From Octopus vulgaris (taxonomy: Eukaryota): a stretch of 64,000 nt of DNA. The position numbers were made by a program, and so were the translations under genes. The notes below the pieces were generated by a model. That model did not search any database and was not told where the DNA came from. It saw only the letters and a program-made list of their open reading frames with translations. The DNA is taken from contig OX597823.1 of assembly GCA_951406725.2 (NCBI GenBank), positions 52,824,001-52,888,000 on the forward strand. Reading direction: 5' to 3'. Below, piece by piece: positions 48,129 to 62,013 of this stretch (the stretch's first letter is position 1; each line of letters opens with the position of its first letter).

Positions 48129-48853
48129 ATTTTCTTGCAATACAGAATCATATCAGTTTTAACAGTATTTTGACTCATACCTATGCAGTAAGAACGCTAC
48201 TAATACATCCGAGTTGAGACTATCCGAACGTTTGGTGGTATGTTTCCTCTCAGCTGATGACATGCTGTTTCCATAGCCAAGGCCCTTAACTCTTAATAGC
48301 CTGTCCATTTTAGCTACATGTAAAGAGGTAGGCACTACAGGAGAATAAAGTTTACCACTATTAGCATCCCAAATTTGTTTTGCTTTATTAACATCTTATG
48401 CTAATATAAGTCAGAAAGAGATAAGACCCGCTTTGTGTAATGTTTCTAGTGTAAACTACAATGTTGGCGTACTCTGGAAACACTGCATGAAGAAGCCTTT
48501 ACAAGTTTTCTGTGAGATGTTATGGATAATAAGGCTCACGCTCGTCAGTATAGATAAGCTATTTTTCTGCAAGCCTTATGTTTCCAAAAAATTACAATAT
48601 CAGTTAGTACTATATGCACGACCTCCGTCTAAGCGTAGTTCCCTATGCATCTGAGTCTAATGGGAATGTTATTGAATAAGGACTTGTAACTCTTATGTCT
48701 ACGTTTTTTCTTTAACTACTATTCCGGACTTGGTTGTTTTTCCATAGGTCTTTTCGATGACATTCTGGTCTTATATATCTTGGCCTTGCTTTTTTACTAG
48801 ATATATTAGTTAAAGAAAGAGCAAGAACTATTTGTCGCTATTTCCTATATATC

Positions 48854-48941
48854 GATAGATAAATGGATAGATAGATATAGATAGATAGACAGATAAATAG
48901 ATAGATAGATACATAGATAGTTAGATAGATAAATAGATAGA

Positions 48942-48982
<41 letters not shown>

Positions 48983-49010
48983 TGACAGATAGATAGATAG
49001 TTAGATAGCT

Positions 49011-49073
<63 letters not shown>
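48854..49073. repeat. (GATA)/(GACA)/(AT) microsatellite
   Basis: Direct reading. Confidence 0.95.
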
Positions 49074-49074
<1 letters not shown>

Positions 49075-49370
49075 ACACACACACGCGTACAGTATACAAC
49101 CGGCAAACGATAACTTTTGCTGTTCCTGAGTATTGTAAGCTCAGTACCCGACCTTTCCTGGCGTCATATGCGCTGAAAGACCTGGGTTCTAACGAATCCT
49201 GCAACTGAACAGTGTGTGTGTGTGTGTGTGTGTGCGTGTGTATGTGTGTGTACGTGTGCGTGCGAGCGTGTGTGTGTGTGTACGTGGGGGTGTTTTCTCA
49301 ACCAATTAAGCGTGCAAGTCAACATCGATCCCTAAAGGATTTATGTCTATAGCACTGAATGCACCGAGGA

Positions 49371-49371
49371 A

Positions 49372-49421
<50 letters not shown>

Positions 49422-49445
49422 TGATGATGATGATAATAATAATAA

Positions 49446-49480
<35 letters not shown>

Positions 49481-49499
49481 CAACAACAATAACAATAAT

Positions 49500-49534
<35 letters not shown>

Positions 49535-49579
49535 TAATAATAATAATAATATAATAATAACAACAACAACAACAACAAC

Positions 49580-49614
<35 letters not shown>

Positions 49615-49640
49615 TGATGATGATGATGATGATGATGATA
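49371..49640. repeat. (TAA)/(TGA)/(CAA) compound microsatellite
   Basis: Direct reading. Confidence 0.95.
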
Positions 49641-50322
49641 GTAGAAGTAGTAATAAAATGTAAAGGATTTGAGCCACAACCCGTGATCATATAGTCTAAA
49701 AACAATGGTCTCTTTTGCTCTTCAGACAGTCTTAATGTTTTAGGAGAGGAGAAATAAAAGCGCAACGTTTATACATTCCCCAAGGGGCATTGAGACGTAA
49801 GTTTCAAACTAATAGGCCTTCTTGATTTCCTGTCTCTTGTTCAACGGCGCTTTCCATAATGAGCCTTCTAAATATAATTCACACGTGTAAACATAAAAGA
49901 TAAAACCCATCTGAAAATTTGAGGGACGTCTTGCCTTTATGAAGAATAAATGCATGTCGTGTTTTATTCCATTGGAAGCCCCAGTAATATTTATATAACC
50001 TCGAATTCGATCCTTACCGTGGATGATGTTGTTGATTTTCAGTTTTTCCTTGGTCGGTAAAAATAAATATCAGACAAATAAAATTGTAGTTTGGTCAATC
50101 AATACTAGCCATCATGGGACTCTTTAAGGAACTGCTTGATTGGCTAGAAAATGCAGCTACATCTCCTTTAAATCTGTCTGAGGAAAAAGGGCGCGTTTGA
50201 TAATGTGACTGTTAGAGGTGCATTGGGGGTTACTAACAAGATAAGCTTGACGTAGTTAGAAACCTTTTTATCGTAAGATCTATTCAATCAGGACTGCCCC
50301 GTGGCTAGACAGCAGCAACATG

Positions 50323-50368
<46 letters not shown>

Positions 50369-51165
50369 GTAATTGGTTCAACACTACCCTAAACTATTAT
50401 CTCCAGCCCGTGTCCTTTTATGTGGTAATTCAAACTGCTAGAAATAGAAGCCAGCTTTTTTAAAAATTATTCCTTATAGTCATAGTCATTTTAAAAAGAA
50501 CACATAGGATAATCGAATCCAATTATTCTGCTTTTGAATAAGACAGAACTGTCATGGTTAGAAATCCTTTGATTACAAGGTCTGCTCAATCAGCATCAAG
50601 TACAGCATTCGTATGTGGTCCTTCAAACTGCTTGAAATAGAAGCCAGCCATTTCTTAAATTACTCCTTACAGTCATTTTTAAGGACACATTAAATAATAA
50701 GATCCCACAATCCTCTGCTTATGTATAAAACGGGATTGTCATGGCTAGAGATCCTTCGGTTATAAAGATCTGGTCGATCAGCATCAGTTACAGAACTCTT
50801 ATGAATTTGCGGAATTGCACCAATATGAGGAATCAATGCATTTGTGACACCTCTACTAGTAAATACTGTCACCACTATCTTTGGCTTTTGCTTTTATCTA
50901 CACTTAAACATATATAATTAAAGTTACTAAGCGACCAACGGACTTAGCGAATATTCTCCAAAGGTTGAGCGATTTGTATCTGTGCACCCAAAGGGATCGA
51001 AATGGCAGAATTGAAACAGTGGCAGAAAGACTATACTACGCCATTTATTTATTCTGGGTCTCTGCTGTCTGATTAAAAAGCTTATCAAGGGCAAGGTCAG
51101 CTTTGCTTTCCGTACTTTTCAGGTCGATAGATAAAGTACCAGCCCTATACTGAAAAGGTAGTGAT

Positions 51166-51360
51166 TCTTCTTCTTCTTCTTCTTCTTCTTCTTCTTCTTC
51201 TTCTTCTTCTTCTTCTCCTTCTCCTTCTTCTTCTTCTTCTTCTTCTTCTTCTTCTTCTTCTTTCAAACATTGGTTGCGTTCGATCTGGAGAGGAACTAGA
51301 TTTCCTAATCCAACAATGATGTTTGAGAGAATGAAAGCGAGTGTGTGTGTGTGTGTGTGA

Positions 51361-51400
<40 letters not shown>
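51166..51400. repeat. (CTT)n followed by (GT)n(GA)n microsatellites
   Basis: Direct reading. Confidence 0.92.
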
Positions 51401-51405
<5 letters not shown>

Positions 51406-51572
51406 GTGGGAAGAGAAAAGAAGAAAGCACGATCTTCTCAACCGGTGATATGCTAATTCCATAGCCAAAGCCTCTTAAATTTCAACATCTTCTCCAGTGC
51501 CACCTTTTTGTAAGGCCAATGTCAATTTATTTTGGCCATGTACTTATGATTATGAGACAGCAGTAATCTTGT

Positions 51573-52568
51573 ATTCTTTTATTTGTTTCAATCATTTGGC
51601 TGCGGTCATGATGGACCACCACCTTTAGTCGAACGTAAGCCTAGTACTTATTCTAGCGGTACATTTTGCCGAACTGCTAAGTGACGGGGACGTAATCACA
51701 CCAGCATCGGTTGTCAAGTGATAGTGGTGGGACAAAAACACACACACACATATACGACGGGTTTCTTTCAGTTTCCGTCTACTAAATCCACTCACAAGGC
51801 TTTGGTCGGCTCGAGTCTACAGTAGAAGACACTTACCCAAGGTGCCACGCAGTGGGACTGAACCCGAACCTCGTGGTTGGCCAGGTTAAAGGATAAAGAC
51901 CCGACTAATATGGACTAACTCTTCTCAAAGATAAAAATCAGTTTGCATAGAGCCACCACTCTTACCTGGAAAAGAAAGTTACAGAAGCACGTACAGGCGT
52001 TGCTGTGTGGTAAGAAGCTTTCTTCCCAACTACATGATCCAGGTTTAAGTCCCACTGTATGGCACCTGGGGCAAGTGTCTTCCACTATAGTCTCAGGCCG
52101 ACCAAGGCTTTGTGAGCGGAGTTGGTCTACGGAAACTGAAAGAAGCCCGTCGCGTATATATATATATATATATATATAATGGAGTGGCTGTGTAGTAAGT
52201 AGCTTGCTAACCAGCTACATGGTTCTGGGTTCAGTCCCACTGCGTGGCATCTTGGGCAAGTGTCTTCTGCTATAGCCTCGTGCCGACCAAAGCCTTGTGA
52301 GTGGATTTGGTAGACGGAAACTGAAAGAAGCCTGTCGTATATATGTATATATATATATGTATGTGTGTGTATATGTTTGCGTGTCTGTGTTTGTCCCTCT
52401 AGCATTGCTTGACGACCGATGCTGGTGTGTTTACGACCCCGTCACTTAGCGGTTCGGCAAAAGAGACCGATAGGATAAGTACTGGGCTTACAAAGAATAA
52501 GTCCCGAGGTCGATTTGCTCGACTAAAGGCGGTGCTCCAGCATGGCCGCAGTCAAATGACTGAAACCA

Positions 52569-52615
<47 letters not shown>

Positions 52616-53200
52616 AAGAGTATATTTATCAAATAAAGGCAACTACTGGGTAGCACCACATGCTTGAAGTAGACGCCAAATGGCTCTAAAACTACCTTAT
52701 TTATCACATAGACATGAGCTGAAAGTGAGGGGAATAACAAAAAAGATATTTTTTAAATGTTTAAGGTTTAGCCCCAGATCGATCTCTAGTTTAGGAACGC
52801 AATACTCTTTACTGTCTTCAGCAGTAACTCAGAGCACATAATTATAAACACTTATACATACCATACGAACGCAGCGTATTCACAGTGCATATGTAAATGT
52901 TCACATTTATATTACAAGTAAAATCTAGTTCGTTCATCTCAGCCACGTATGAATAATCAAGATAATTTGTGTGTGTGTGTGTATTTGTTTTTGTATCTGC
53001 GTTTGTCCTTCACCACCGCTTGACAACCGGTGTTGGTGTGTTTGCATCCCCGTAGATTAGAGGATCGGTAAAAGAGATCGATGAATAACTACCAGGCTTT
53101 GAAAAATATGGACTGGGGCCGATTCAATCGGCTAACAATGCTTCAAGGCGGTGCCCCAGCATGGCCGAAGACTAATGATTAAAACAAAATAGAAGATAAA
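51573..53200. mobile_element. Cluster of family A SINEs: 51573-51880(-), 51993-52155(+), 52180-52620(+), 52965-53200(+, 3' half)
   Basis: Consensus head, CORE-like and tail motifs. Confidence 0.88.
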
Positions 53201-53229
53201 ATATAAGCATTGAAGGCAATTCAAAACCA

Positions 53230-53325
53230 GCAACACCTGAGAGAGGATAGCCCAATGTCGAGAACTGTGGAAAAAAGTTCATCGATGGCCTATGCTCTAT
53301 AGGGAGCGAAGGACTTCAGTAATTA
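53230..53325 (+). mobile_element. RTE-clade LINE 3' end fragment
   Basis: gcccaatgtcgagaactgtgg...gatggcctatgctct...ggagcgaaggactt (AQ.R..W...DGLCS) resembles RTE termini, from memory. Confidence 0.5.
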
Positions 53326-53529
53326 TATTAGAAGCGTGCATTGGTAGAATCATTTTTTACGCCGAGGACACTGGCTTGCAGTTTTTGCTTACAACCATTT
53401 TCTTGCTGAATGTAGAGGAAAGGACAGTGCTCATGGTCTTCGCAAACGCTCCAACAGTGGTGACATTGATACCGCTTATGTCCCACTTAAGCTGTTGGAA
53501 ATCGATGACTACGAGAAAGCCTTGACCAA

Positions 53530-53780
53530 AGATGGAGTTCCAGAGGGCGGACATTCATAGGAGGGAGGAATGAACATAATGGTTAGTACGGAGCATAGAT
53601 GTTGATTGGACACAGTATGGAACTTGCAAAACAGACACACAAGTCAGTCAAGTATATCTTACTGGAGCTCGTAAGAGACCAACCAACCCCGAGAGGTTGG
53701 GAGCCGTGTAAGTATTAATGGAAATAGCAGAAACCTGCAGCTGCACGTCCGTGAGCCAGTCGGTGAAACATTTTTGGAAA
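53530..53780 (-). mobile_element. CR1/Jockey-group LINE ORF2 C-terminal fragment
   Basis: Minus strand LAHGRAAAGFCYFH*YLHG ... LRTNHYVHSSLL*MSALWNSI resembles the L.HRR...F.RY..G / RT..Y..SF.PR...WN.L terminus. Confidence 0.55.
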
Positions 53781-54209
53781 TCATTTTATTTCAATCAGTC
53801 GAGTGGCTTTTGTCTGGATACGTTTCCAAGTTAAGATTCTGCTGAGTCTAACTCTGCTCTCCTCATTCTAAGATCAATAAAATAAAGTCCCAATGAAGTA
53901 CTGATATAAAAGACTTTTCCTTTCCTAAAAATCTGAACTTTTGTGCCTATGTTAAAAATCAATAGTGCATCATACAATTTGCGTTAAATTCTCGGCGATT
54001 CAAATCGACAGCATGGTTTCGTTTTCTGATTTGAACAGGTTTATTTCACTCACATCTGTAATGTATAGCGGGAAATGTTTAGTTTTCATACGACCTCATT
54101 TCTTTTGTTCTAAAAATGTGCATTTACGCGAGAAATTCTTATAAGAGGTAAAACAATATCGATGAATGCGTCATTTACAAAGATATTTGGGAAAATGACC
54201 GGTGGACCA

Positions 54210-54415
54210 ATACATACATTCATACATACATACATACATACATACATACATACATACATACATACATACATACATACATACATACATACATACATACATA
54301 CATGCATACTACATACATACATACATACTACATATATATGTACGTATGTGCATATAAATATACATATGTACGTATGCAAGAGCATACATACAAACATACA
54401 CACAGACACTCATAC

Positions 54416-54491
<76 letters not shown>

Positions 54492-54782
54492 GCATATATA
54501 GCTATACACACACACACACAAACTTCTAGGGAGCTATACTTAGATTATAGACGGAAAGAATGATGTGTGTGTAAAAGTGAGGGAGAGGAAGAGGGAGAGA
54601 GAAAGAGAGAGTGAACGAGAGAGAGAGAGAGAGAGAGAGAAGTAAATAGATAGATAGATGAACAAAGTGAATTGATAAATGAATAATTAGATGAATTGAT
54701 GAACGGAGATTCAGACAACTGGTCATAAGCGCGCGCACAGACACACACATACATACATACATACATACATACATACATACAT

Positions 54783-54815
<33 letters not shown>

Positions 54816-54823
54816 TACATACA

Positions 54824-54857
<34 letters not shown>

Positions 54858-54915
54858 CATACATACATACATACATAAATACATACATACACACATACAT
54901 ACATACATACATATA
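54210..54915. repeat. (CATA)n/(CA)n/(AT)n/(GA)n microsatellite block
   Basis: Direct reading. Confidence 0.95.
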
Positions 54916-55459
54916 TCGAAAAGGAAAGCAAGACATATGGATGGACGAACCGACGGGCGGAAGTATAGATAGATAGACAGACATATTGTCCGAAATATAG
55001 ATAGATATTCTTCAAAAGAATTAAGAAATAATCTCAATAATATCTTCTTTTTCTGATGTTTCAACGGTAGAAAATAGCTGCAAACAGCTGCTTAAGCTGC
55101 TTTGCACAAAATCTTAACTTGGGAAGCAGTTATTTAAAAACAAATCTCTTCGGTATATGGTCTGTTGTGTGAGTTAATATGGAAGTTAATGACGCGTTCC
55201 TTTCCATTTGTGTTGCGACAATCAGCTTCATTATACGTGTAAGATTCATCTCAATGATATTGTCGGTATAATATCCGCTGGATTCAGGGTCTCTTTCAGC
55301 CCGGCCTTCACCCGGCTTTTGTCTCTGCGGAATCTTTGATAACAGCCAGTTGATCTAGTTGTTAATATGTCCCTTTTGTTGTTTGGAATAGCTTGTAAGA
55401 ATCATAAAACAGAGCAAGATGTTCAGCCTACACTTTCCGCTTAGTTCCCTCCTCCTCAT

Positions 55460-56540
55460 CCACCACCAACCGCTTCCTCCACCACCACCACCTCCTTCTC
55501 CCTCACCTCCTCTTCTTCCTCCTCCTCCTCCGTAAAATTTAGCGGCCGTCGTTAACCACATCCACCACCACCATCACCATCACCACCACCACCACCACCA
55601 TCACAGCAACAACAACAATAACAACAACAGCACAACATCAGCAGCATTATCATTGCCAGCAAACCCCTTTCCTTGCGTTCACCATCAGCATCATCATCAG
55701 TATCACTACCATCAATGTCGCCACAACCAATCCACCATCGTTGCCGCTCCATCGTCCTTACCATTAACACCACCACCGCCGCCGCCGCCGCCGCCACCAC
55801 CACCACCACCACCGCCGCCACCGCCACCACCTACACAGCACTGCATAAAGAATGATATAACTATCACCGCCACCACCTACACCATCATTACCACACCGCC
55901 AATGCCACCTCCATCACCGCCGTCGTCATCACCACAACCACCACCATCACTAACACCAACACCACCACAACCCAATCTACCGCCACACCCTTATTGTTAT
56001 CACCACCACCGCCACCACCATCATAACTAAGAACACCTTTTCCCTCGGCTCCATTATCATCTAAACCCTTACTTTTCTCTATCGCGGACACTGCTACCAC
56101 CACCCTCTTCGCCACCATTCACCACCACCATCACCATCACCATCACCATCATCACCACCACCACCACCACCACCACCACCACCACCACCACCACCACCAC
56201 TACCATTATTACCACCACCACTACAAATACTATGATATTTCCTATTATTCCCAAACTACAACTACCCCACTCCCGACAACTACATAGTACTTTTTCTAAC
56301 ACCAAGAGCACCACCACCTCTACTACAACCACCACCACCACCACTACAACTACTACTGCCAATACTACATACCGCTCTTCAATGCATAATACGGCAGCTG
56401 CTGCTACCACAACGGCACACACCACCGCCGTCACCATTGCAACGGCTACTACCTCTGTAACTGCCACTGCTGCTTTGCTACACCACAACACTACCACTAT
56501 GACCAATACTACATTGTCATCTTACACCACTAGCTACCCT
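55460..56540. repeat. Degenerate trinucleotide low-complexity tract (CAC/CAT/CCG/CAA)
   Basis: Direct reading. Confidence 0.9.
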
Positions 56541-56721
56541 CCTCTTTCTTCTTTCCTCTCTCTCTCTCTCTGCTTCCCTCTCTGCCTCCCCCCCCTCTCT
56601 CTCTCCCTTTCTCACACGCACGCACACACTCTATTCACCCGTTACTAACACTAACGCTGCTTATACCACCACCCGTCCTTCTACTTTCATTCATTCTCCA
56701 CCCGTGTCTATTTATTTCAAT

Positions 56722-57038
56722 GAAGGCGTGTGGCTTAATGGTTAGTGCACACGGCTTACGATCGTAAGGCCGAGGATTCGATCGATACCCGGCGGTGCGC
56801 TGTGTTCTTGAGCAAGATACTTATTTTACCTTACACCGGTCTGGCAAAAATGAGTTGCACCCGTAATTCAAAGGACCAACCTTGTCACAGTCTGTGTCAA
56901 GATGAATCTCCGTGAGAACTACGCTGAGGGTATGTGTGTCTGTGGAGCACTCGGCCACTTGCACATTAATTTGACGAGCAGGCTGTTCCGTTGATCTGGT
57001 AAACTGCAACCCTCGTCGTCGTAACCGACGGAGTGCCA
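56722..57038 (+). mobile_element. tRNA/CORE SINE family C, full length
   Basis: gaaggcgtgtggcttaatggttag head, tgtgttcttgagcaagatactt CORE-like segment, and tail gtcgtcgtaaccgacggagtgcca. Confidence 0.9.
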
Positions 57039-57173
57039 TTTTTTTTATCCGTATCTAACTATCACTCCTCGACCAAAAACTTTTAGTACCCAACATATTT
57101 CGTTTTTGCCTTATCAGAAATTAAGAATCTCTGAGTGGTGTTCGGTTTGCTAGAAATAGCCGCTAAGTGGCGA

Positions 57174-57577
57174 TAGCACGCCAGGCGAAATGCTTAGCAG
57201 TATTTCGTCTGACGCTACGTTCTGAGTTCAAATTCCGTCGAGGTTGACTTTGGCTTTCATCCTTTCGGGGTCGATTAAATAAGTACCAGTTACGCACTGG
57301 GATCGATATAATCGACTTAATCCGTTTGCCTGTCCTTGTTTGTCCTCTCTGTGTTTAAGCCCCTTGTGGGTAGTAAAGAAATAGGTATTTCGTTTGTCTT
57401 TACGTCCTGAGTTCAAATTCCGCCGTGGTCGACTTTGCCTTTCATCTTTTCGGGGGGTCGATAAATTAAGTACCAGTTACGCACTAGGGTCGATATAATC
57501 GACTTAATCCGTTTGTCTGTCCTTGTTTGTCTCCTCTGTGTGTAGCCCCTTGTGACTAGTAAAGAAATAAGAAATAA
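57174..57577 (+). mobile_element. Family M SINE dimer
   Basis: Junction aaagaaata|ggtatttcg at about 57384; ends aaagaaataagaaata. Confidence 0.9.
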
Positions 57578-57699
57578 CCAGTAAGTTTCCTTCACGTTAC
57601 ACACAACTGTTGTAGAAAAGAACAAATTTGCTAATGTGTACGCAGGGTCCCTGCAACATACTAAAAAAACAGATAATCGGGAAGAAATGACAACAAAAA

Positions 57700-58325
57700 A
57701 ATCCGTCGGTTACAATCCGTCGAGTGTTCCAGTTGATCCGATCAGCGGAACAGTCGGCTCGTAAAATTAATGTGCCAGTGGCTGTGCATTCCACAGAAAC
57801 GTGTATCCTTTACGTAGTTCTAAGGGAAATTCAGTGATTCATAGAGTTACAAGGCTGGCCCTTTGAATTACTGGTACTACTCATTCTTGCCTACTGAGTG
57901 AACTGGACCAAAGTGAAATAAAGTGTCTTGCTCAAGGACACAACGCACCGCCAAGAATCGAACTCACGACCTGATAACTGCATGTCATATATCATTCTTT
58001 TAAAAAGACTCCGCCGGTTACGACGATGAGGGTCCCAGCTGATACGATCAACGGAACAGCTTGCTCGTGAAATTAACGTGCAAGTGGCTGAGCATTCCAC
58101 AGACACGTGTACCCTTAACGTAGTTCTCGGGGATAATCAGCGTGACACAGAGAGTGACAAGGCTGACCCTTTGAAGTACAAGTACAACTCATTTTTGCCA
58201 GCTGAGTGGACTGGAGCAACGGGAAATAAAGTGTCTTGCTCAAGGACACAACGCGTCGCCGGGAATCGAACTCACAACCTTACGATCATGAGCCGAATGC
58301 CCTAACCACTAAACCACGCGCCCTC
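57700..58325 (-). mobile_element. Two family C SINEs (57700-57975 and 58007-58325)
   Basis: Reverse complements of 56722-57038. Confidence 0.9.
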
Positions 58326-59112
58326 ACTTACTATGAACATAAGCCTGCTTGACCAGGCAACAGCAACAGCGACAACAACAGCAGCAGCGAGTATTCCCAT
58401 TGTCACCACCTCAGAAAGACCTCAACGCGGTCATTCAGACTGCTAGAAGTAGCAGCCAAACCCGAAGTCAAGAAGATAATGACTGGAATACCAGGAATGA
58501 CTATAGGTTTGTTCAGTCATAGCAGATTTTGTAATTACACCAGAAAAGTCACAACCATCATAACTACCATCCCCGCCTTCTGTATTATGACCATCATCAC
58601 CAGCGTTTATTACCACTGAAAATGCAATTGGTGATAATGAGGTCGTGTCCGCTGTTGGGTTTCGACAATGAGTGTTTCTGTTGTTCTGTCAACTGAACTA
58701 ATTATTTGTTAACTTAACGTTAAAAAGTAGATGAACCTAAGGGAGACAACCACAACCCAATAGTGTGCAAATCGATGAACATGCATACATATATGTATGG
58801 TTCGTGCTATGATTGCAGTCCATTTAAATGTAACATGAAAGAAATGTTATTTTCATCGCTCCATCTTCGATGTTGGTGGCAGCAGGCCGATGAGGACAAT
58901 TGGCGCAGGTGGGAACATACCATCATGCTGGGCTAGAAACCATGACAAACACACATACAATGTTTTATGGCCTGGGCCACATCGCAAGTTAGACAGTACA
59001 GCGTCTGAAGATACCTACAGCTATTTGAAATTCATCATGCCAGAAAGCATATTGTACATGAATGAGAGCGAGTCATGAGTGTGTATGAGAGTGATTGTTT
59101 GTGCGTTTCTGG

Positions 59113-59225
<113 letters not shown>

Positions 59226-59276
59226 AATATGTTATTGTACGAATACAGAAATGAACGTGTGAATATGTATATGTGT

Positions 59277-59733
59277 AGACGCAGGAATGGCTGCGTGGTA
59301 ACTAGCTTGCATACCAACTATATGGTCCCGGGTTCAGTCCCACTGCGTGGCACCTTGGGCAAGTGTCTTCTACTATAGCCTTGGGTCGACCAAAGCCTTG
59401 TGAGTGGATATGGTTGACGGAAACTGAAAGAAACCCGTCGTATATATATATGTATATATATATATATATAAATATATGTGTGTGTGTGTGTGTGTGTACG
59501 TGTGCGTGTGCGTGTGTGTGTGAGTCTGTGTTTGTCCCCCCAACATCGCTTCACAACCGATGCTGGTGTCTTTACGTCCCCGTAAATTAGCGGTTCGGCA
59601 AAAGACACCGATAGAATAAGTACTAGGCTTATAAAGAATAAGTCCTGGGGTCGATTTGCTCGACGAAAGGTGGTGCTCCAGCATGGCCGCAGTTCAAATG
59701 ACTGAAACAAGTAGAAGAGAGAAAAAGAGAGTA
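59277..59733 (+). mobile_element. SINE family A, full length
   Basis: All family A modules present. Confidence 0.92.
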
Positions 59734-60193
59734 AACAATTAGCAAGCTCTTTTTCACGATGAAAAAAAAAGCCCTTGCTCACGTCTAACATCTAATTATG
59801 CAACTGGTAGGCGATCGTCAAACTGACGGCGATCAATTACACATGTATGTGTGCGTGTGTCCGTATGCGTGTATGTGTGTGTGTGTGTGTGTGTGTGAGT
59901 ATGTGTTTGTGAGTGTGTGCGGATACGCGCGTCGAAATCTGCTTGCTTTTGCCTTGCTGCTCACTCTGGCAGGGATCATGCTTTTCTTTTTGTAAAAACT
60001 ACAGAAGGTAATTATAAGCAACTCGTACGAACGCTTTCAAAAGTAGTTATTACACTCATTTACAATCATTGAGATTAATAGACACAGAAAAGTATACATC
60101 TTTGTCCCAGTTCACATCTGGAAACTCAAAACACTAAAATATATTTACATTATTTACATTTGACGGATATTTGTCTTCATCTTGTTTGTTGTT

Positions 60194-60239
60194 AATACAG
60201 CGTTTCGGCTGAAATACCCTCCAGCCTTCATCAGGTGTC
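60194..60239 (-). ncRNA. Mutated hammerhead motif (second copy)
   Basis: GACAC-CUGAUGA-A-GGCUG gagggUAUUU CAGCC-GAAAC-Gc-U-GUAUU; U16.1 is changed to C. Confidence 0.6.
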
Positions 60240-60327
60240 TTGGAGAAACTTCGAACCTGTGTTCTTATTCCTAAAATATTTTTCGATGTTATTATTATTA
60301 TTATCATTATTATTATTATTATTATTA

Positions 60328-60364
<37 letters not shown>

Positions 60365-60520
60365 CATTATTATTATTATCATTATTATTATTATTCGAAC
60401 TCGGAATCTTGGGGTTAGTAGCCTGCGCTCTTAACCACTACGCCATGTGCCGCGGACATATGGCGTAATAACATCGAAAAATACCTAAGGAATGAGAACC
60501 CCGGTTCGAAATTTCTCCAA

Positions 60521-60566
60521 GACACCTGATGAAGGCTGGCGGTTATATCAGCCGAAACGTTGTGTT
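60521..60566 (+). ncRNA. Minimal type I hammerhead ribozyme motif, core intact
   Basis: GACAC(60521-25)-CUGAUGA-A-GGCUG/CAGCC stem II-GAAAC-GU-U-GUGUU(60562-66). Stem I is 5 bp, stem III is the palindrome ACGU, and the predicted cut is after 60561. Confidence 0.82.
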
Positions 60567-61014
60567 AACAACAAACAAGTTGAAGACAAATATCTGTTAA
60601 ATGTACATAATGTAAATAATGTAAATAATGTACATAATTCCTCATCTCTTAAATATAGAACTGTATTAGAATATATGCGTCGGTAATCCACGCCATGCAT
60701 TTATGGTTCACAAAATTTCGAGCATTTTTAATTGAGATGTTCTGGACATCAAAATTGCCAATGAAAACTAATTTTCTGTTGGTCAGTCATATTATCAAAT
60801 TGCTGACATTAGACGAGGTTCTTTTTGGACAGAATCCATAAGCATGAAGCTCGGAAGTGTTCACTCGCTATCAAACATAACGATTGCAGAGTAGCAGATA
60901 CTCCGTGATAACCATAGATATAAAATGAATGGGCACTCGCACATCATAGCTGTGTGATTTTGTGTGTACATGTGTAAAATTGTAATCCACAAATCATTTT
61001 CAGGATAATTTGTG

Positions 61015-61017
61015 CAT

Positions 61018-61097
<80 letters not shown>

Positions 61098-61424
61098 ATG
61101 TGAGTGACTGTGCGTGTTTGCTGATACATTTACTCGTACATTGTCATACCGATGCTCAGGTGAACGTGTGTATATGTGTGCGTGTAATCGTTATTAAGCA
61201 AGCCACAAAGAAAAAGCGTTTTTCAGAATGCAAACAGCGTTTAAACTTCTACAAATGAGTTGAATTCGACTGTGAAGGCTCAGTAGTTCTGATGGTGCAG
61301 TTTCTTTCGATGATTTCTGCATTAATGATTTCTGCATATGGAACTTAATATCACGAAATATTAAGCTGAACTAAAACCAATATATCAAACATTTACTCAA
61401 TCATGTTTGTTTGTTTGTTTGTGT

Positions 61425-61485
<61 letters not shown>
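61015..61485. repeat. Two (GT)n microsatellites (61015-61093 and 61420-61485)
   Basis: Direct reading. Confidence 0.95.
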
Positions 61486-61489
<4 letters not shown>

Positions 61490-62013
61490 AATGTAATTTT
61501 ATAATGAAAATGATTTTACATCTCGTGATTTCATCGTATTGCGGATCATCAGCAATAGTCAGCCAAACACCGAATGCCAAACCGAATATCAGCCAGACTG
61601 ATATAATTTAGCACTGACTAAACTTCCAGTGATGTTGCGAAAAAGATATATCCTTATGTATATGTATTCACTGAGAGAGAGAGAAAGACTATAACTACCA
61701 TTTCTACAGTAACACGAATCTTCTCTGGTGTTTCTTGTTCATCTAATGTTTGTTAAAATATAAACGAAAGGTAATCGATTTTTAATCTGGGAGCAAAGAT
61801 TGTACTTGTAACATTTTACAGGACCTCCAAGACTGGTGGTCGTATGGGAAGGAGATATCCTCAAACTGGAGACCTAGTCTGAATACCTACAACACAGCGG
61901 TGTTCATTAACGAAGCTCAAGTGGCCACGTGGTTGTGTGAAGCCGGGTCACTGATTGTCTATTTCCCAAGTAAGCCAGTGAATGGTTTGAACTGAAAATG
62001 TACAGAAAAGTAT

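Larger units (their letters stand above)
60143..60665. mobile_element. Head-to-head inverted pair of a tRNA-headed, hammerhead-bearing short element
   Basis: 60143-60292 is the reverse complement of 60466-60620. tRNA-like box A tggcgtagtgg and truncated box B gagttcga on the minus strand at 60394-60451. Central hairpin at 60439-60467. Confidence 0.85.

Noticed and set aside
55130-55360. Stop-free minus-strand frame of about 75 codons in CpG-containing unique DNA; possible exon or enhancer
   Set aside because: No homology recognised and no clear splice signals; needs conservation data.
55552-56648. Poly-Pro/His/Thr ORFs resembling formin or mucin
   Set aside because: Degenerate trinucleotide tract open in several frames on both strands, with no flanking domain.
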